From the IMG/VR virus record IMGVR_UViG_3300040801_004840, positions 1 through 37,442 of that record: 37,442 nucleotides of DNA; one strand, written 5' to 3'. Position 1 is the stretch's first letter; every line of letters starts with the position of its first letter. This document shows positions 32,486-37,442 of the stretch, one piece after another. Both the position numbers and the translations under genes were made by a program. Under the pieces are notes generated by a model. It had not been told where the DNA came from. It did no database searches and was given only the letters and a program-made list of their open reading frames with translations. Source of the DNA: a virus.

Positions 32486-34249
32486 ATGGCAAATATATTA
32501 AAGGGTATGGGCTCTTATACTTATATCGTTGCGCCCTATGGGTTTTATCAGACAGTTCAAAGCGCTATAGACGCAGCAATAGACGCTGCGGATACGCCCG
32601 TAACGATTTTCATAACCCCGGGCACATATACAGAAGACCTTACTTTATACGATCAAGTTAATCTCAAGGGTTCTGATGAAGGTGACGTAATTATTCAAGG
32701 TCTTCATACACCACCTACAACGGGCAGCGTATTATTCAGTAACATATGGTTTTATTCTGCTACGGATATCATCCAAGATACAACAAACCCTGGTTCTTCA
32801 GATATAACCTTTTTAGACTGTGGATTTGCGTTAACCAATGGCTATATTTTTAATCTTCCTGATTGGACTGGCGACCTTGTTATCGACTCTTGTCGTACTG
32901 ACCTTTCGACTACTAATAGTCTTATTTCTAATACTGGTGGTTCTTCTCTGTATATTATAAGTTCGACTATAGGAGCGGGAACAACAACCGGTACAGCGTC
33001 AGGCGTTACCCTTGTCAAAAGCAGTATCGTTAACACACCGCTTACATTCTCATCAACGGCGGCTATACGTATAGAAGATTCTACGCATAACAATCCGATA
33101 ACAATAGGCGATGATGTACAGCTTACCGTAGCACACTCCCGTTTATTGTCGGCGGCCAACGAAACAGTATTAACAACAACCAGCAGCCAAATCGTTTACC
33201 TTGAGAACGTTATTATCGATACAGGCATAGCAGGTTCGGCGGTTGACGGAACAGGTGAAATTGAAGCCTCTGAAGTCACCTTTATAGATACTGATCAGTT
33301 CGCGGGCACCCTGACCGTACACTATGTATCTAACCTTAAAGCTTCTAACCTTACCACACATGGCGTTATAGATCTTCCGGACACAATAGACACGGGTCTT
33401 GCGGGCGTTATCAGATTCGATACGGATAACTTTATCCATAAAATGGGTACACGAAACACGTTTGTCGGGCGTGAATGCGGCTATGTAGCCCTTACCGTAG
33501 GTGATGCTACTGATAACAGCGGGTTCGGAAACGAAGTTCTCCATGATGTAACTTCAGGCCAAAACAACACAGGCGCGGGAAGCTACACATTGACGCATAT
33601 AACAACCGGGTCGTATAACAGCACGCTTGGAGCCTCAAGTTTACCCGTACAGGCAGGGTCATATAATATCGCTATCGGATATCAGGCGGGCTCTAACTGC
33701 ACCACAACAGAGTCATCTAATATTCTTATTGGAAATGCGGGCGTAGCGCTGGAAGATAATTGTATACGTATAGGTACAGACGGAGCAGGTGACGGACAGC
33801 AATCAGATAACTATCAGGCAGGTATCTATCAGACGACCGTCGGAGCCGTAGCACCAAACAGAGAGGTAGTGTGGATAGACAATAACCATAAACTGTTTTC
33901 TACTAACTGGGGCTTTACCGTATGGGTTGTAGCAACAGCTTCATTGACAGCGGCAGTTAATACCGGCTATATCGTAAAAAATGCAGTACCGGGCAACTTA
34001 CTCGTTATCACTCTACCCGTAACTTCTGTTGCCGGGGATGTTCTGGAGATAACCGGTTATACCGTTGGCATGTTCCAAATAGCTCAAAACGCAGGTCAAC
34101 AGATATTCTTCAAAAACCAGTCGACCACAATCGGAGTAGGTGGCACTATAACGGCGACCCATCAATACGATAGTATTAAGCTTGTCTGCTGTACTGATAA
34201 TACTGAGTGGAAAGTGCTTTCCTCTGTCGGTGTATTTAACGTAGTTTAA
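32486..34249 (+). CDS. Tailspike with an N-terminal right-handed beta-helix (pectin-lyase-fold-like) domain
   Basis: 587 aa. YQTVQSAIDAAIDAADTPVTIFITPGTYTEDLTL is like pectinesterase/beta-helix N-caps. It also has N(T/S)xxG repeats, NCIRIGTDGAGDGQQ and the shared C-terminal domain. Confidence 0.7.
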   Translation: MANILKGMGSYTYIVAPYGFYQTVQSAIDAAIDAADTPVTIFITPGTYTEDLTLYDQVNLKGSDEGDVIIQGLHTPPTTGSVLFSNIWFYSATDIIQDTTNPGSSDITFLDCGFALTNGYIFNLPDWTGDLVIDSCRTDLSTTNSLISNTGGSSLYIISSTIGAGTTTGTASGVTLVKSSIVNTPLTFSSTAAIRIEDSTHNNPITIGDDVQLTVAHSRLLSAANETVLTTTSSQIVYLENVIIDTGIAGSAVDGTGEIEASEVTFIDTDQFAGTLTVHYVSNLKASNLTTHGVIDLPDTIDTGLAGVIRFDTDNFIHKMGTRNTFVGRECGYVALTVGDATDNSGFGNEVLHDVTSGQNNTGAGSYTLTHITTGSYNSTLGASSLPVQAGSYNIAIGYQAGSNCTTTESSNILIGNAGVALEDNCIRIGTDGAGDGQQSDNYQAGIYQTTVGAVAPNREVVWIDNNHKLFSTNWGFTVWVVATASLTAAVNTGYIVKNAVPGNLLVITLPVTSVAGDVLEITGYTVGMFQIAQNAGQQIFFKNQSTTIGVGGTITATHQYDSIKLVCCTDNTEWKVLSSVGVFNVV

Positions 34250-34260
34250 AGGAGATAATA

Positions 34261-36501
34261 ATGGCTGGAATAGTAGATTCAACGGGAATATATACCCCGA
34301 ATGAAATTATAGTAGACGCAACGGCAGGTCGTACACCCTACCAAACAATAGCAGACGCAATTACCGCGGCTTCAACAATGGGATCACCTACGACCATTTA
34401 CGTACGTCCGGGAACCTATACGGAAGATCTCACCTTGATTGACGGTATCAATATCGTCGGTGAAAATAAATACGATACGATTATAGACGGTGAACATACC
34501 ATACCCGCATCAGGACAGGTCAGATTTAAAGATATTAAACTTGCGCAGTCTACACCCGCAAGCGACGTTTTCGTTGAAGCTGGAGCAGGCACATGCGCCA
34601 TAGACGTAGAAAACTGTATATTTAACATAGATAGTGGGTTGTCTTTCAATCTTCCTACATCGACGGGACCAATTGGTATATATGATTGCCTTGATATATC
34701 AACGGACAACAAGCTTATAGATAATAATACAGGAGCGTCAACCGTAACTATACGAAACTCTCAAGTGGGTAACAGTGTAGCCCTGGGATCTTATTTCTAC
34801 GGAACAACCACTATCTATAACTCACATATCGGGTGCAGAATACAAGCAGGCGGAACGGCAACATTCTCCGCGTATGATTCTGTTTTTGATACACATATAG
34901 AGGCAGCGGATACAGTAACCGTGTATTTCACAAGGTGTACACTATGCGCGTCAAGCGGTGAGATCAGTAGCACGGCGCCTACACTAAACTTTTACAATTC
35001 ACGATTACTGGGCAGATTAAACCTTTCCGGATCAGGTGAAGCTTATGTATGGTCCTCAACTATAAGCGATACAACCGGAAATGCCGCGACAGGTACATCT
35101 AAAATATATTGTTATGATTGCGACGTATCTACCCCCGCGGCTGTATCTTTCACCTTGGCCGATACTGCCGAATTGCACGCGTATAATTCAACACTGCACA
35201 GTACTAGCGCTGCAACTGTCGATATAGGCGCGACGGCAAACGCGTATATATGCAATACGGTCATCGACTCTACCGTAGGAACGGGCGAGCCTGCCATCGG
35301 AACAGGGACACTTTATTATGAGAACACTACTTTCTCTAATACAGCTACTAATATAGTCGCAACCGTTACCCAAGAGCCTTTAGGCCTTATAAGAGCGAAT
35401 AATATACAGATGCCACAGGCTAACGCGACAGGAACGGAAGGCGTTATCAAGCTTGGAACCAGTTCTGCACTAGCTACAGACGCAAATCTGTTTACCGTTA
35501 ATGAAAGTATATATCTGGGCAGAGGTAATTTTTCCTCAGGCAATAATTGCGTAGGAATAGGATTTAAGGCACTTGACGCAAATACGTCCGGCCAATATAC
35601 AGTAAGTATAGGAAACTATAGCGCGTTATTTTCAGAGCCGACCAATCAATGCGTATGTATAGGACATGAGGCGGGCGCGTATCTTGCAAGCCCGGCTATA
35701 GGGTGCACGCTTATAGGAACACGAGCAGGAGGAGGATCGGATTTTAGGGGTGTATATGTAGGATCTTATAATACCGCTGTGGGATATGAAACACTGCGCG
35801 ATGAAGAAGGAACATATAGCACAGCAGTAGGATCAGGATCATTAATAAACAACAACCCGGGCGCGGTCTCTGGATATAATACTGCTCTGGGGGCCAATAT
35901 AGCAACCCTCATGCAAACCGGCGCGTATAATTTATTGTTGGGCTATAATACGGGCGACAATTATAACGGCTCAGAATCGTCCAATATTATCCTTATGAAT
36001 ACCGGTACCGCCGGAGAAGATAATGTTATACGTATAGGTACACAAGGCACAGGCAACGGTCAACAGGATACCTGTTATATAGCGGGTATCGCGGGAAGTT
36101 CTGTTTCTAACCAGCAGGCTGTTGTAATAGATTCCACAACAGGACAGTTGGGAGTTAATGCTACGTTGCCTGTCGGATCTATTGAAGTAACCGCTGATGG
36201 TACACTTACCAATAACGCGACAAGTTGGAATAATAAACCGGCAGCATTGTTATCGATAGCATTGCCGGCTACAGCAGCTATAGGAACAACATTGCGTCTT
36301 GTAGGCTATGCCGCTAACGGCTGGACTATAACACAGGGTGCAGGTCAACAGGTACATTTCGACGCGGCGACCTCGACCACGGCCGGCATAGGTGGAACTA
36401 TTAGTTCGAATGATCGATATGATTGTATAGAACTGCTTTGTGTTGTAGCTGATACAGAATGGGTAGTGGTGAATGTTAAAGGTAATCCAACAGTAGTATA
36501 A
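34261..36501 (+). CDS. Tailspike paralog with an N-terminal beta-helix domain
   Basis: 746 aa. YQTIADAITAASTMGSPTTIYVRPGTYTEDLTL, NVIRIGTQGTGNGQQ and the shared C-terminal domain. Confidence 0.7.
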   Translation: MAGIVDSTGIYTPNEIIVDATAGRTPYQTIADAITAASTMGSPTTIYVRPGTYTEDLTLIDGINIVGENKYDTIIDGEHTIPASGQVRFKDIKLAQSTPASDVFVEAGAGTCAIDVENCIFNIDSGLSFNLPTSTGPIGIYDCLDISTDNKLIDNNTGASTVTIRNSQVGNSVALGSYFYGTTTIYNSHIGCRIQAGGTATFSAYDSVFDTHIEAADTVTVYFTRCTLCASSGEISSTAPTLNFYNSRLLGRLNLSGSGEAYVWSSTISDTTGNAATGTSKIYCYDCDVSTPAAVSFTLADTAELHAYNSTLHSTSAATVDIGATANAYICNTVIDSTVGTGEPAIGTGTLYYENTTFSNTATNIVATVTQEPLGLIRANNIQMPQANATGTEGVIKLGTSSALATDANLFTVNESIYLGRGNFSSGNNCVGIGFKALDANTSGQYTVSIGNYSALFSEPTNQCVCIGHEAGAYLASPAIGCTLIGTRAGGGSDFRGVYVGSYNTAVGYETLRDEEGTYSTAVGSGSLINNNPGAVSGYNTALGANIATLMQTGAYNLLLGYNTGDNYNGSESSNIILMNTGTAGEDNVIRIGTQGTGNGQQDTCYIAGIAGSSVSNQQAVVIDSTTGQLGVNATLPVGSIEVTADGTLTNNATSWNNKPAALLSIALPATAAIGTTLRLVGYAANGWTITQGAGQQVHFDAATSTTAGIGGTISSNDRYDCIELLCVVADTEWVVVNVKGNPTVV

Positions 36502-36511
36502 GGAGAGAATA

Positions 36512-37315
36512 ATGGCGACTAAAAACCAAATCGGAACGGCCACAGGCGCGGCCAATACGCTCTTACAGGGCGCGGGGGTAGGCTCCGCGCCTACCTTCCA
36601 GGCAAGTCCACAGGTATCGGGCAGTATAACAGCGGGTACCGGAATAACTTCAACAACAGGTGATATTGACGCGACAGCGGGCAACCTGACCGCAGGCGGA
36701 TATCTAGAGACGGCAGGCGATATTACTTCAACGGCAGGCGAGGTAATTGCTTACGGACATCATAAAATATACAACGAAGAAGCAGCAGCAGCAGCACATG
36801 CGTTAATTTCTTATAAAAATAGATCGGGCGGCGCTATTACAAGCGGTGATACGCTTGCGCAATTCGACGGATATGGTCATGATGGAACGGGTTATGTCCG
36901 CTCAGGGTCAATTAAAATTGTCAATACGGGAACAATTGACACGAATCGTATCGGGTCAAATATTACATTCGCAACCCATCCCGACAGTGCTGCAGCACTT
37001 TCAACACGTATGACCATAGAATCAACGGGTACCGTATCTATTAATGCTCCTGACGCAGGAAATGCCTTAGAAGTTGCAGGCGATGTAGACGTTACAACAG
37101 ACGTAATAACACGTACGTTATTTGCTGATGGTGATGAAGGCACAGGGAAAGCTTCAACAAACGCTTTGACTAACGTCGTTAACAGTACACTATCAACAGG
37201 TGTAATGACCATTAACAGTACAACAGCAAATCCCGGAACTAATACAGGATTTATTAAAATGTATGTGGGCACAACAGCTGTTTGGGTCCCTTACTTTGAT
37301 GATATAGCTCCTTAA
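36512..37315 (+). CDS. Tail fibre protein
   Basis: 267 aa with an AAGGAG SD. Gly/Thr/Ala-rich repeats (TAG.GITSTTGDIDATAGNLTAGG) and an (GCA)5-encoded Ala5 run. Confidence 0.65.
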   Translation: MATKNQIGTATGAANTLLQGAGVGSAPTFQASPQVSGSITAGTGITSTTGDIDATAGNLTAGGYLETAGDITSTAGEVIAYGHHKIYNEEAAAAAHALISYKNRSGGAITSGDTLAQFDGYGHDGTGYVRSGSIKIVNTGTIDTNRIGSNITFATHPDSAAALSTRMTIESTGTVSINAPDAGNALEVAGDVDVTTDVITRTLFADGDEGTGKASTNALTNVVNSTLSTGVMTINSTTANPGTNTGFIKMYVGTTAVWVPYFDDIAP

Positions 37316-37325
37316 TATACCCCTC

Positions 37326-37442
37326 TACGGGCACATGTCGCGCGGTTTAGCCCTCTTGCCGCGCGACATTGTAACACTAAGGGGGAAAAGAGGGTGTTTT
37401 ATGAAAACCATAGAAAAGATACGTGAAACCTTGCAGCGCACA
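37326..37442. repeat. Terminal direct repeat, copy 2 (assembly overlap or terminal redundancy)
   Basis: Identical to nt 1-117. It holds a duplicate hairpin (37335-37369) and a duplicate partial MTase CDS starting at 37401. Confidence 0.95.

Larger units (their letters stand above)
1..37325. mobile_element. Complete circular or terminally redundant dsDNA tailed-phage genome, podovirus-like gene set
   Basis: The 117-nt exact overlap of both window ends closes the molecule. Portal, scaffold, capsid, TerS/TerL and fibre/spike genes are present. No tape-measure/sheath set and no integrase seen. Confidence 0.8.

Noticed and set aside
1-37442. Diversity-generating retroelement, CRISPR array, retron, or integrase/lysogeny module
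   Set aside because: There is no reverse-transcriptase-like ORF, no template/variable repeat pair near the fibre genes, and no spaced direct-repeat array. No tyrosine or serine recombinase motifs appear in any ORF.

Overview
The window is a complete, closed dsDNA tailed-phage genome. Nt 1-117 are identical to nt 37326-37442, so the unique length is 37,325 bp. Gene content looks podovirus-like, and the genome splits into three transcription blocks. (A) Minus strand, 22070 down to 12674, early/DNA-metabolism genes: a C5-cytosine MTase, a wHTH replication organiser, a separately promoted operon of unknown genes around an RHH protein with an acidic repeat tail, a DnaB/RecA-fold protein with an odd P-loop, a second C5-MTase, a separately promoted unit ending in a small RHH gene, a ~470-nt non-coding island, and two tandem ERF-like annealing-protein paralogs. 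(B) Minus strand, 12369 down to 1359, structural genes: portal, scaffold, major capsid, a capsid-associated protein followed by a strong terminator, tail-tube-like proteins, then a secreted glycine-zipper protein and a 4-TM protein. (C) Plus strand, 22457 to 37315 and across the junction to 1362: membrane protein, RusA, TerS, TerL, internal virion proteins, five fibre/spike genes, and an orphan HsdM-like N6-adenine MTase. I saw no integrase, DNA or RNA polymerase, tRNA, CRISPR array, reverse transcriptase or recognisable endolysin. The best candidates for undescribed biology are listed here. (1) The promoter-bounded operon at 17686-19072, with a paralog pair flanking an RHH protein that has a very acidic 21-bp-repeat tail. 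(2) The C5-MTase plus a separately promoted small ORF with a weak PD-(D/E)xK-like signature and a downstream RHH gene, an R-M-like layout. (3) The duplicated ERF genes. (4) Two structured non-coding regions, a candidate sRNA island at 14076-14546 and a late-operon leader with tandem terminators at 22071-22456. (5) The fibre locus, where three proteins share a C-terminal rather than N-terminal module. All functional calls rest on motifs read by eye and on gene order. No database search was run.
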